DNA of 64,000 nucleotides. It comes from a virus. The position numbers and the translations under genes were made by a program. Positions within the stretch are counted from its first letter, which is position 1. Each line of letters opens with the position of its first letter. Positions 1 through 12,300 of this stretch are shown piece after piece. Location of the stretch: the IMG/VR virus record IMGVR_UViG_3300042868_009489; one strand, 5' to 3'. The notes below the pieces were generated by a model. It saw only the letters and a list, made by a program, of their open reading frames with translations. It had not been told where the DNA came from and searched no databases.

Positions 1-166
1 CTATATCACCAGAATCCGTTAATCTTATAAAAGATGGATTGTCTGGATGGGTTAGCCCTACTTCTCTTTGAGAGAAGTTTTTTCTCCTATTTAATTCATC
101 TATCTCAGAAGCGGTGTTTCCTGCTACTGATTCAAAAGACTTTTGTGCGTTAATTTTTTCTGACAT
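1..166 (-). CDS. Partial CDS running off the left edge; probable baseplate-region protein
   Basis: ATG at 166-164 directly after the stop of the 168..530 gene; open frame MSEKINAQKSF...RLTDSGDI to the window edge. Confidence 0.6.
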   Translation of the reverse strand, partial: MSEKINAQKSFESVAGNTASEIDELNRRKNFSQREVGLTHPDNPSFIRLTDSGDI

Positions 167-167
167 T

Positions 168-530
168 TTATACCATAAACTTTGGTACACCAGTGTCTAC
201 ACTGTAATTGGGCATGTATCTTCCTACGCTATTTGTATCGTCCATATATGATACTATATGCGGAAATCTTTCATTAGCATCAGCGAAACCAACTATACAT
301 CTTGTGCCAGCTATTGGGGCAACGCTTTGTATGCCAAGGGTAGATGGACATGGAACGCCTCTTATTATGTTTCCAACTTGGTTTGTCATCCTGTCATCCA
401 AAACAATTACAGCTGTATTATTCATTTTATTATATGACATAATAGTTCCAGATCTTGTCTTAGACTGCTGAAGCTGATTATTGGCGATGTGTGAATTTAA
501 TTTTTCATCAAATTTTGGATATTGTTTCAT
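168..530 (-). CDS. Probable baseplate spike / OB-fold (gpV/gp138-like) protein
   Basis: Pattern GTIMSYN..NNTAVIV...RGVPCP...APIAGTRCIVGF...PHIVSY resembles spike N-terminal OB folds; likely start MKQYPKF (530) overlaps the upstream stop (ATGA). Confidence 0.5.
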   Translation of the reverse strand: MKQYPKFDEKLNSHIANNQLQQSKTRSGTIMSYNKMNNTAVIVLDDRMTNQVGNIIRGVPCPSTLGIQSVAPIAGTRCIVGFADANERFPHIVSYMDDTNSVGRYMPNYSVDTGVPKFMV

Positions 531-3296
531 GACTGATCTCCCTGTATACTCCATTCGGACGATGCTCCAGCGTAGGAGTACTTACTACCTGGGAAGGTTG
601 TTGAATTAATATTTCTTGGTCTTGGCCTATCTGAACCTTCGCTCTCATCGTGCTGATCAACATACTGACCATTTCCTATAGAAATACCCGAGTGACCATA
701 GCCTTCATCTCCACCCTGCCAAAATACCAAATAACCGGCTGGTGGATTTTTTCCAATTTCGGTATCTGGCCCATAGAACGAAGCACTAGACTTTACACTG
801 TTTAAATGTTGTCCTGCTGTTGGGAATGAGCTAAGACTAGGCGTAGGCACAGTATACTCAGGTGCGTTACCTGCAGCTGTCCACTCATCTGTGAATAGAG
901 TAGTTTGCGCTGGACCAAACAATCCCAGAGCGGCTGAAAGAACTCTGGCAAATCTATCACATTGAAAGTTTCCATCAAGATCTGGACGATACTTAGCAAG
1001 CCATTGAGGAACTCTATTCGTGCTAATCCAGTCTGCAGCTTCTTCAATTTGGTACTTAGTGAAAGATCCAGGCGACCCATCTCCTCCAGCACCTTGTGAA
1101 TTAACTACATCAACATTATAGGTGATGACTCCACTAGCCTTTTCGTTTATCAATGAACCATCCTTAGGATGATCATAGAATACGGTACCGTCCATCCACT
1201 CTTCTATGTAATTTATTGTTCTTTTATTGTTCTTTTTAAAGTTTACTCTAACCCAATTTTCTAGCGTTTCTATGGGTTTTCCTGTTGTTAGATATACGTT
1301 GACAGCATTTTGAAATTTTACTTCAAATATAAATCCACAATCAGATCTTGGTGTTTTATCTGAGTTATCATAATCTCCCCAATGGTAAAAACCATTAGAT
1401 GCATCTATCTTCTCTACTTTTTTAAAATCTTTTCTGCCCCACTTATCCATTAGCATCCACACTTGATTAATCGGAAACCATAACCTATCATCGGTTGTAG
1501 ACTTTGACTCTTCTTTTTCTTTATTAATATTATAAATTTCTACTAATTTTTTTGCTACTGCATTAGGATCCCAAGAAGCAGCTTCGGTAGCAGCGTATGC
1601 TAGTTTGTGAGCTTTGACCATTTGCTTTGTTGCGGTAGCGCCATCGTAATAAATTGGCACGTCGTTTGATGCGTTGGTCGACCTATTGATTAAGGAAATC
1701 AAATTATACTGAAACATTCCAATTGAAACGTCACCACCCCAACTTGTTTTACCGTCACTGCATTTGCCGTTATAACCTGCTGGACTAGCTCCACTCTCTC
1801 TTCCCGCTACAGCACAAAAAATTGCTGCTGCTTCGTCAGAGAATGGACCTTCCTGGGAGAGCATTATAAATAATTCATACGGTGTTATTGCTGGACCACC
1901 ATTTTTATAATTTGTATAAGCTTTTTGCTTTGCTGATGATGCGCTTGCTGAATTATCTATCGGGTTTCCATTTTCATCTAATTGTTGAGCAGGCGCGTCG
2001 ACGGATTTCCAGCCACCAGAACCGATATATTTGCCACCTCTTTGTGGACTAAAGCTAATATGAATATTTTCTGTATGCTCTGGACCAAATTCAAAGTTGA
2101 CATATTTTAGACTTGGATATTGTGTTTTGATTGCGGTTTCAGCTGATTCAAAACCTTCTCCAATTCCTTTATCTTTTGCAACGTCGGGATGAATAACTAT
2201 AAGATCTGGCATTAGTGGTTGCGGCATTGTGTTCAACTTTTGTAAGACTATGTCTAAAGCAATCGCGTATCTTTCTTTACCTTTTATAGAGCTATAGTCA
2301 CCAACCGACCTAATATCAAATGCTCTTCCAAAAACATGATCAGAAATAGAGTTCTTATTGCTCTTATCAATTCCACTTTCTGGATTTGAATGTCTACTTG
2401 TTTTATCACTCTCTGAAAGCACTGCTCTATTAAGAGCAAATGTACCATTTATCTTAACGCCCTTATTTACGTCTGTCATCATTAACAAACATTCTATTAG
2501 GGATGCGCTAATGTATGCTGTTTTTTTAGGAGCACTTATTAATGATGATTCAACTGATAACCCAGTTGGATTAGATTCATCTGCATAGTATGAATTTGTT
2601 TGCACGAAAGAATAAGAAGATAAAACATCTGGTATATCAAATTGAAATCCAAGTGTTAAAGCTGGTTCATTAATAGACTGCTTAAGAAGTGTTCCTCTAT
2701 CTATATATATTTGTTTTTCTTCTTCGCTTAATTCTTCTTCTGCTGCTAAAGCTCTTTCTCCCAAACTCGGAGCCAGGCCATCTATTGTGTAACCAGTATT
2801 GTTATGTGTAAACAATGCTCCGGTAGAATCTCCAACCTGCGATTTATCACTTCCTGGCCATTTTCCATTTACTGATTCTAGTAATGGATTAAGAACTGAA
2901 GTTGGTGCATAGCCAGTTCCGACTAAGGACTGAGAGACTACCTTTAAGTATGCTTGATCACCCTTTAGTATCTCAACATCTCCTTTAGTCTGATAATCTG
3001 GATTAGCTATTTGAAATGAATCGCCGGACTGGATACCTGTTGCGAGAATAGAATGAAGAGAAGACCTGACAAACTTCGATGATGCATCGGCTAGCGCTGC
3101 TGGATTTCTAGTTAATGCTCCGTCCAGCCATTATGTCTGTTAAATTTCTAGATGTTAATGTCTGATTCGAATACTTTTCTGTTGACGCTGAAGTAACTAG
3201 GCTGGCTGATCCATCAGGATTATAGCCTTCTGACAACTTTGATATAAAAGCAGTAGAATCATTAAAGTCATTTAAATTAAAATTAAAATCAGACAT
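527..3296 (-). CDS. Multi-domain tail-associated peptidoglycan hydrolase (M15-like peptidase + lytic transglycosylase-like + CHAP/NlpC-like); about 922 aa if the +1 shift at CGGA 3119-3122 is applied
   Basis: SDHVFGRAFDI...HIHISF (M15 Zn motif); AGRESG...IGMFQYN (SLT-like); QCDRFAR...PPAGYLVFW...GYGHSGISIGNG (CHAP). ORF 3108..3296 joins the 527..2815 frame at ATG GCT GGA c GGA GCA. Confidence 0.75.
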
Positions 3297-3301
3297 AGTT
3301 A

Positions 3302-6300
3302 TTACACTCCACCCTTCTGCTCAACATAAACCGGCATTGGTATAGCTCTATCTAAGCCACCGGTAGATGCTCTCTCTCTTAGCAAATCCAAGGTATAGAC
3401 TTGAGCTAAGTTATTCGTTACTAGTTCCCAGTTAAGAGTTGCTGGCGCTCCGTCATTATAGTACTCATCCCAAGAAATATATGGCCATTCTGAAGCTTTT
3501 GAATAAAGAACTTCTAATATTTTAAAGTTAACTAAATCATTAAACAATTTTCTTTCATCATTAGTTATAGTTAATAACGGGTCCGTTTCTCCAGTAATTT
3601 CAAAATGATTCTCCATGTTAGAAGTATATATTGAATTATATATCTCATCAAACTTTTTACCAAATACTGTTTCTTTATAAAGATTTTCTTTGAATTTTTC
3701 TTTCTTTCTTATAATACTTAAGTCAAGATTTTGAACAAAGAAAGATCTTACTATGGAAATATTTGCTTCTTTATCTTCATCAAGCATTCTATAAAAAACT
3801 GTTCCTAAGGATTTTTCTCTTTCTTGATCTCCATAGTTAACGCCTTTAAAATAACTATTTGTATTATTAATTCTTGAGCCAGGAGACAAATCATCTTCTG
3901 TATAAATAGAAACTGAGGATTGATCATTGGGAGAAACTCTAATGACAAAAGGCTTATCTCTGAGTCTTTCACTTACGAAAATTGCCGCTCTTCCACCTGG
4001 TGAATTAACGTTTATTGCAGTAGTCGGATCATCTGGCTTATACCCAGCTTGTATAGAAGTATTTGTGTACGCCTGGAAGGTGCCAAGACTCGAAGCTATT
4101 ATTCCCTCTAGTCTTACTTTAAAAGGTTGACCAGTTGGATTCATTAGATCTATAACTTCTATTTCATCGCCATCTATAACATTATGTAACTTACATATTA
4201 CCTTAAAGTATTGATTTAACCCAGTTTTATCTGGGCCAGTTCCAGAGTACTTTAACACTTCAGCATTAACTAATGCATTTTCGTAACTCACATATCTTAC
4301 CAAGTCGGTTATTTCTTTTTCTTTCCAGCCCAGACTCTTAAGTAAGTCATCATTTCTAATGAACGCATTGCCATCAACGGTTCTAACCTTACTCTTTACT
4401 CCTAAGATTCCAGGAAGAAGTCTCTTTGTGTGATATCTACCAACAACCATTCCTTGATTTATTGCAAGACTTGCATCCATTGGTTGACCGTTCTTATTTA
4501 AATAAGATACATAACAGCCATGTTGATCTAGAACGTTATCCCTCACCCAACTCCATCCCTTCCAGAATAAATCAGATGCTACTCCAGCAGCAATTCCACC
4601 AGCAATCGCACCAAAAGGAATTGCTGCTGCTGCAGCGGTTAAACCAACCGTAGTCAGATAAGTTGCTGCGATTCCCTTTAAGCTCATTCCGTTTTCGGAG
4701 TTTTGTTTCATCTGATTCTCTATTTGAGATTGAGCGTCTGTTAATCCCTCAGCTGCAAAGTTTGCCATTATGTCAGACATGAGTGCACTTGATCCATGGG
4801 TAAATTGCACACCACCCATCATCTGTGATCTTAGCGCTTCTGACATACCGTCAACAGAAATGTCTCCACCAGACAAGATTCCAGTGCTTCCAGCCTGAAC
4901 TGAATTAATCAAACTTCTTGTATCATTTCTTATATTCTGAATTGACATCCAAGAATGAATCCAACTAGACATAAACCATCTTGCTGGATCATTGATGGTC
5001 ACAAGAGCATTAGGTGTAATAGATGTAATGAATCCCATATTTGGAGTAAAGTGATGAACGACTTGTTCAACTTCAAAAATTCCATACATTCTTTCATAAA
5101 CATCAGCAAGATAAACTAGGTCATGAGGTCTTATATCTGCGCTTCCTATTACAATTAACTCTCCAGAATATATATCTTTTAGAGATTCCTTAAGATGGGC
5201 CAAGGCAACTCTTCTTGCCATTAGTTCATCTGGCGCACCTTGAGATAATTTTATTGCTCCTCTTGCAAATTCTATTGGGTGAAATAATGGTTGAGCAATT
5301 CCAAATAAACCTTCACCCATTATGTTGTCAAAGAATAAACCAGTCTCTACAGTTTTCTCAACCTGTCTTTCTGCTGGAATGCTTTTATCTAAAGCTACTG
5401 TTACTGGATATTTTCCTTCAGATACAGCGGTTACTTGAGTTGCTACATTGGTTATAGTCTCTTGTATATTATTAGCTATGATAGTTGAGAATGAACTTAT
5501 ATAGTGTATTTTCTGGAATGGCTCACGTACCTCGACTACTGGTTCTCCATACTCTCTGGTAAATGGGTTATCAATAGCTCTTAATAGTGATCCAGGTCTT
5601 CCTAGCGAATAATAGATAGAGTCGTTTAATACTTTATTCATAATGTTTGCTTGTTTAGAGAAGTTGTCTATATTAGATAAACCATATCCCATTTGAAGCA
5701 TGGACATTCTAAACATATTCATCAGACCTGATAGACCATCGCTCAGTGCTGTAAACAATGGTCCAATATTTTGATCCCAAAAGCTATCAATATTATGAGT
5801 TAATACACCAACTACGTTACCCGCACTATTTCCTTCACCCTTATTATCAGCTAAAAGCTTCAAGAATTTTCTCTTATTTGATGCGTAGTCTTGATTTGGA
5901 TCAATGAATGCAGCGAAAATTTTATGGACTGGGCTAAAGTCCCACATGTCATCACCGGTATATTGTCTATTTGGCTTTAAGACTAACCAAGCTCGTGCGT
6001 AAGAATCCTGCCACATCGCCTGTCTAAACATTCCAACTATCAATAAGAATACTTGTTTTGGTGTAAAGTTATCTTTAATTATGTCATCTGCTTTTGGCTG
6101 TCCGCCACCAACATCAGCGCCAAGTATTAAGGATAAATTAGATTGTGATTGTAAAAATAATCCTAATTTTTTATATTTTGTTCTTACTAAAGTATCGAAA
6201 TACCTAACTAGCCCACCTTCATCAAGCGGTGCATCAACTAAATTCTTTCTAGCAAATTCTATAGCTTGTTTAACTGTATCGGAACTAACTAATGATGTAG

Positions 6301-9300
6301 ATCCTGACTCAATCTGTCTCTCCATTGAATCAGCTGTACCGTATGGTATTCCAGTTCTTGCATTTGGATTTGTTATAAAGTCACTTCCAAGCAACAAGCT
6401 AAATTCATCTACCGCCGTACTGTCAGGCCCATTTGCACTAAACAGTTTAAATATATCTGGATTTGCTTTTGGATTTCGCAATATGGTTATTAGAAAATCT
6501 GGAAGTGGAGTTTTATCATCTGGATCCATTCCAAAGGCATCGAAGAATATTTTCTTTATCGCTATTTCGTTGTGGTAGCCAAATCTAAATTGATCCCATA
6601 CATCATTTGCCTGACTAAGAGTTCTTCCATTTCCAGCTATCACATGAGTGGAAGCGCTAAATCCTTCGTCAAAAAACTCTCTAGCTTTTATGGATTCTGG
6701 TGAAGCTGGATCATACACGGCAGCAAATCTTTCTCTACCAGAACCAGAATCCTCATCTCCAGTTGTAGGAAGTTCACTGTCTAATATTTTCCATAAAGCA
6801 TCGCGCTCAAGAGGGCTATAGTCTGCTTTTATTATATAGTCAAAATAACCACCTTCTTTACCATCCTTGCTACCAAGAATATTTCCGCCTCTAGCAGCTG
6901 CTTCCGCAAAATGACTTTGGTCAAGAAGTGTTATTCCACTTACTGGAACAAACTCTTTCCATTGAGTATTGGTAAAAGCTGTTGGTCTTTCGTTCAATAA
7001 TTCCATCTGCCTTTCCATTGAATCGGCTGAGCCAGTTCTTCCCGATCTTTGAGCGCCTGCCTTACTTGCTTCTTCTGCTAAAAGTTTTCCATCACCTTCT
7101 GCTGCAAAAGCGCCAAAACCAACAAAATATGATTTACCCATATCTGCGTCACCCTTGTAGGTAAACTCATTTGCTGGATTATATATTGTTGTTACAACTC
7201 CAAGTGGAACACTATCATCCACAAAAGTAAAATAGCAATCTCTTGGCATCGGGACTGGGGCGAGACCAGCTTGAGCTAATGCTGATGCGCTTGCGCTTGC
7301 TCTATTCTCATCAAAACCTTTATCATCTTTTTCTCTTTTAAAATAACCTTTTTCATTTTCGGTTAAGTGCATGACGCCAAGATAATAAGCTGCGTCTGGA
7401 GATACAACTGCAGCCAAGTCAACCTCTTCTGCAATTGCCGATCTTGGGCTTACTACCCATTCTTCGCTCCAGTCATTTTCCTGATTAGTTCCGTATATTA
7501 AGTCGGCTTTATCGGTACCCCATAAGAAGTAAGCAGGCTTACACACAACTGCTGTTCTAGTTGTTGGACTGTATACTAAGACTTTTCTATTCTTATAATC
7601 CTTTGGCTTACCATGAAATTGATCTACATCTCTGTCTGAAAAATATTTATCTTTAAACTTTTTAAAGATTTCATCATCTTTATCCTCAGTTATTTCATAA
7701 GGCCATCTCATAGCTATGTAGAATTGCTCATCAATAGGATATTGAGGAGATCCCCAATCTCTGTAACTAAATGGACTTCCGGAAGTAATTGTTCTCTGAT
7801 TAATATACTCATATTCCCAAGAACCTTTAAGTTCATTTAATCCCCTAGAGTGCTCCAATAATGAAGGTAGCGGCATTCTTACTAGTGACTTGGTCCCCAC
7901 CGCTCCACTTGTGTTTAGGTCAAATATAAATTTATCATTACCAAATGTATTGATTGGATTAACTGCGGCAGTAAATGATATAGATGCAAGATTTATCACA
8001 AACTCATCTTCTGTTCCTCCTTCACGTTTATCCGTTAGTGAACCAGCAAGTAGACTTGCTTCTGTGTCTATTAAACTTCTATACAAGGTATCGTGATTAA
8101 ACTTTTCAAGATCTTTATCACCATCATGTATGGTTCCGGTTTTCAGTCTATCATCACCTTCTCCTGATCTATTTGTGCTCAGTGCATAAAAGGAATAGTC
8201 TAGCAAAACTGATCCAGCGACTCTGTCTGTAAAATACGGAAAAGAAAACCTAAGTGGCATTTGAGGTATTTCTACGTGTAAGTTTTTCATCTTTTCTATG
8301 TCTACTTCGGAGGCATTCTGTCCAGTAGAATCTATTGGTAAGTGGAAACCAACCGTTACGTAGCCTTTACTCTTTGGTATTTCTGATAAAATATCATTCG
8401 TCAATTGTTCTTTTGTTGTTTTACTATTCCCATAATATGCAGTTCTCCAAGGATCTAAGAAGTTAATAACTTTTCCTCTTAGTATTCCAGCTGGTGCATA
8501 TATATCTGAGAATGAAGATTGCTGTTGCACTATATCAGAAATAGATATTGCTGGATTTTGTGCTTGCCTCATTGCTTCGTAATCAGCAGTAGAGTTTGAT
8601 TGCTTATTAACCTTTGTTAAAAGATCCATTAATTCAGAATCTGGACTTCTATAACTTGGGGTCTTTAGTCCTAGTTCTACGGCTCTTTTTTCAGAAGGAT
8701 AACCAGTAGTAATTGGGACTACCGCTGACGTATACAACCAGTGTGGCTTACCATAGAACACGGTTGATCTGTCTTCAAATGGTCTTACGGCAACAATATA
8801 GTTTGGCAGTAGTCTTGCGCACATTTGGAAAAGATCCCAAACAGATTTCATATATGTTTGTGCCCTAAACGAAACTTCATCAAAGCCTGGCATGTCGTCG
8901 TCAAGATCGCTAATTAGTCCAAACGTTTTCCAAATGTTTACGCCGCCTCTACCAGTTAAGCTTCCAAGTAACGATGCTCCTCCACCAACTGCTAGAGCTC
9001 CACCTATGAATGGAAGTGCGATGCCACCTGTGCCAATGGCTAATGCGGCTCCTGCTGCCAGTAATCCACCACCAAGTACTGCAGCTGCTGTCCCACCACT
9101 AGCTCTTGCTTCCATCCCCAGCGTTAGGTTATCTATTGCAGCTGAGGCGTTTTGAGATCCTCCATCATATCTTTGAAGTAGATTATTCCATGAAGAATCT
9201 GTAAGTCTATTTAGATATTCTAATCTTGGATTAGGTTCTTCTCCTGGAGTTAATGAAGCTGCATTAGACCAACCATCTCCTAAGTCACCACCAAGGAATT

Positions 9301-12300
9301 GAGCTACACCAGTTCCATTACCTGGATAAATATTTCTCTTATACAATTCTAGATCTGGTTGTGATGCAAAGTTTGACCACATGGTTCTCATTATTCCAAC
9401 CATTGGTAGTCTTACGTCTATGCCAAATGGTGATGCGCCGAGTCCAGTCCCATTTGAATTATCACCAAACGGATTTAAGGCACCTGCTGCGGTACTAGCA
9501 CCACCAGTTAAACCACTACCTTGACCAACTGCCAGTAGTGCATCTGAAGCTGCGTTTCTAATGCCAGCGTTTTTATTTCTTTCCATATCATTTAATGGCT
9601 CATAAAGTATGCTTCCAAAATGTTTAATTCCAAATTTGTTGTCAGAAAATATAGTTTTTTTTGTTGCGTGAGCAAAAGCTTCTTTTGTTCTAGATGTGCC
9701 CATTGAAAGAAGTCGAACCATTAAATCTCTTGGTTCAGATAAGTACAATCCGGTATTAAGACCGCCGTCTATGTGACCGCTAGATCCCTTTTTGTCAACA
9801 GAGTTTACTACTGGGCTAAGTTCGATGGCGTCAGATTGACATGTGACTGTAACTATTTCTCCTAATTCAACTTCAGTTATTACACCATTGAATATAGTAT
9901 GAAGTGAGTTTGGATTTGCACCATAACCAACTCTTAAGTGAACTCTTACGCCTGGCTTAAGTCTCATATTTTCTATGTCAACAATGTATTGACTTTCCAT
10001 ATGACCTAATTGATTTCTTGCAAAATTTAAAGTTCTATCGATTACCTGCTCAAGGCCAGAAGTTAGTGATAATTTATCTACACCAGGCTTATCATCTGTC
10101 TCACCACTTCCGCTAAATATTGTTGTAGCTTCTTTTGTAGAAAGCTTTGCGTACATATTGGAAGCTCTAAATACTAGCGTATCGCCTAAGATATCTTCAG
10201 AAGACACTACAGAAAAATCTATTATAGATTGCAGTCCATAGAAATTATCAAATAGTTTTGTGCCAGCAAAATTCTTTTCATCTATTAACCAAAGCATATA
10301 CGTAGGAAAGGCCCTAACCATTCTTCCTGATATATCCCTGTACTGAGTATCTATCATCATTTTTTCCCAGTGATCAGTAACGCTCTTTGAGTTACCATTT
10401 GACTTCATAGTTTCTGGCTTACCCTCATCTCCAGATGAATATGAGTACTGGTATTCAGATAACGCTTTTGCCCCAGGAACTCCGGTTAAAGATTTTGTTG
10501 TTCCGACATCTGGCGTCTGAGTGTCAGTTATCCCCACATATTCAACTGAACTATCTTTTTTAACAGCAACGTCATCTACGGTTAAATAAAATCTTCCATT
10601 TTTTTTATCGATATACCCAAATTGATATCCGTCTGCAGTATGTATCATTGATGGGATTTTTGTGTCACCAGGCCCAGATGCTGCTGGAAAAGTATTTATG
10701 ATAGCATGCGCGTCTAGTTCGTCTGGATTAAAGCTTACATATTTATCTTCTGCAAATCCATCATCGGAGCCACCCAATGCAGATTGCAATTTTGCTCTTG
10801 CTTCTTCATTGGAACTTGATAGATCTCCAGATTTTAATTGACCAGAAGATAGTCTCCAACTGGAATCAGCTAAATCTTTAGTGTCAAATTCACCCTCGTC
10901 TAAAGAGTCTACATAATTTAATAAAAATTTATCGTGAGGTTGATCAATGTCTAATAAGGCTTCCATTATATAAGAAGCTGTTTCTGAAGCCTTTAATCCT
11001 AGTGTTCCCCTAGAGTAAGCTTTTAATTCATCTAATTGATCATTTAATATATATTCTCTAAACTTAGCAACAACCGCAGAGCCCTTATGCGTCATTGATC
11101 CATAAGGTGTTACCACTGTTATTTCTTTAGATGGGTCAACATTAAACGTATCAAGTCTAGAGAGCTTGCCTTTATTTTCGGTGACGCTATGTATAACGTC
11201 TCTGTCAAACATCTCAAAACTTCTAAAATAAAAATCTGGATCAAGACATCCTACGACTTCGCTGTCCTTATTTCTAATCTCTAATGGAAAGTCTGGATAT
11301 GAGTTAAACGAGCCCCACAACTGCTTCATTCTTAGGAATGGATTTTTCTTTGTCCCGAATTCTTCAATCATCTTTCTTTGTTGATCAGAAGATAATTGTT
11401 CACGTTTTTGCTGAAATATATCAAAATCTACTAATCTTAAAGAAACATCATAGACATGTGGAAAATTTGGAATAGTTGAAACATTAAATGAGAGAGGAAG
11501 AACATACTTAACTCCAGCCAAAGCTGTTATTATATTTTTGATACCTAAAAATCCCATAACGCCAGCAGCGTGTTCGAGTCTAGCTAATCCGTTGATGTGA
11601 TCAAATATTTTTCTTAATTTTATTAATTCTTTTTCACCAAATACTTTCATGGAAATATTTATATAACTATCTCCACCGCCAATGTGCTGATAAGTTGGCT
11701 CATCTTGCATCTGTACTTGTAGTGGAATTATATTATTGCTCATTGAGATAGAGACATCGGTAACGATTGCATTAGCTGGATCTATGTCAACTCTTATCAT
11801 TGGCACTTCCCACTCTCTTATGTGGAAGCTCCCATTTCTTTCCCTAGCTGCCTCCATCAAATCTCTGATTGGTCCAGCCTTAAAGAATCTTTCATACACC
11901 ATAGAACTATAACCAGCAGCAAACTGCTTCTTAATTATTGATCTTTCGTTCTCTTTCCATTCATCATCTTTAGTTTTTCCTGCATTTATTGCTCTTTTTT
12001 GCAAATACTCATCAACCAAAAAATCAAGATAAGAGGTTGTAGTTAAAGCTTTAGATTTAAAGAAAGATTTTATCTGAGATAGTGTTTCATCCTGGAAAAC
12101 AATTGCTCCAAAAACATATCTTTCTGTATCTTCATATGCGTTTTCTGTTCTATCAAAATCTCTTAAGTAGGCTTTCCTGTTGGAATCAAGCTGTGGATTC
12201 TGAAATATAAAACTTGTTATGATAAAATCATAAGCTTTTTTTTGAAAGTCTGTTGTATTTCTTCCCGCAGTTAATATGTCAATACTTTGTACGATTTTTT

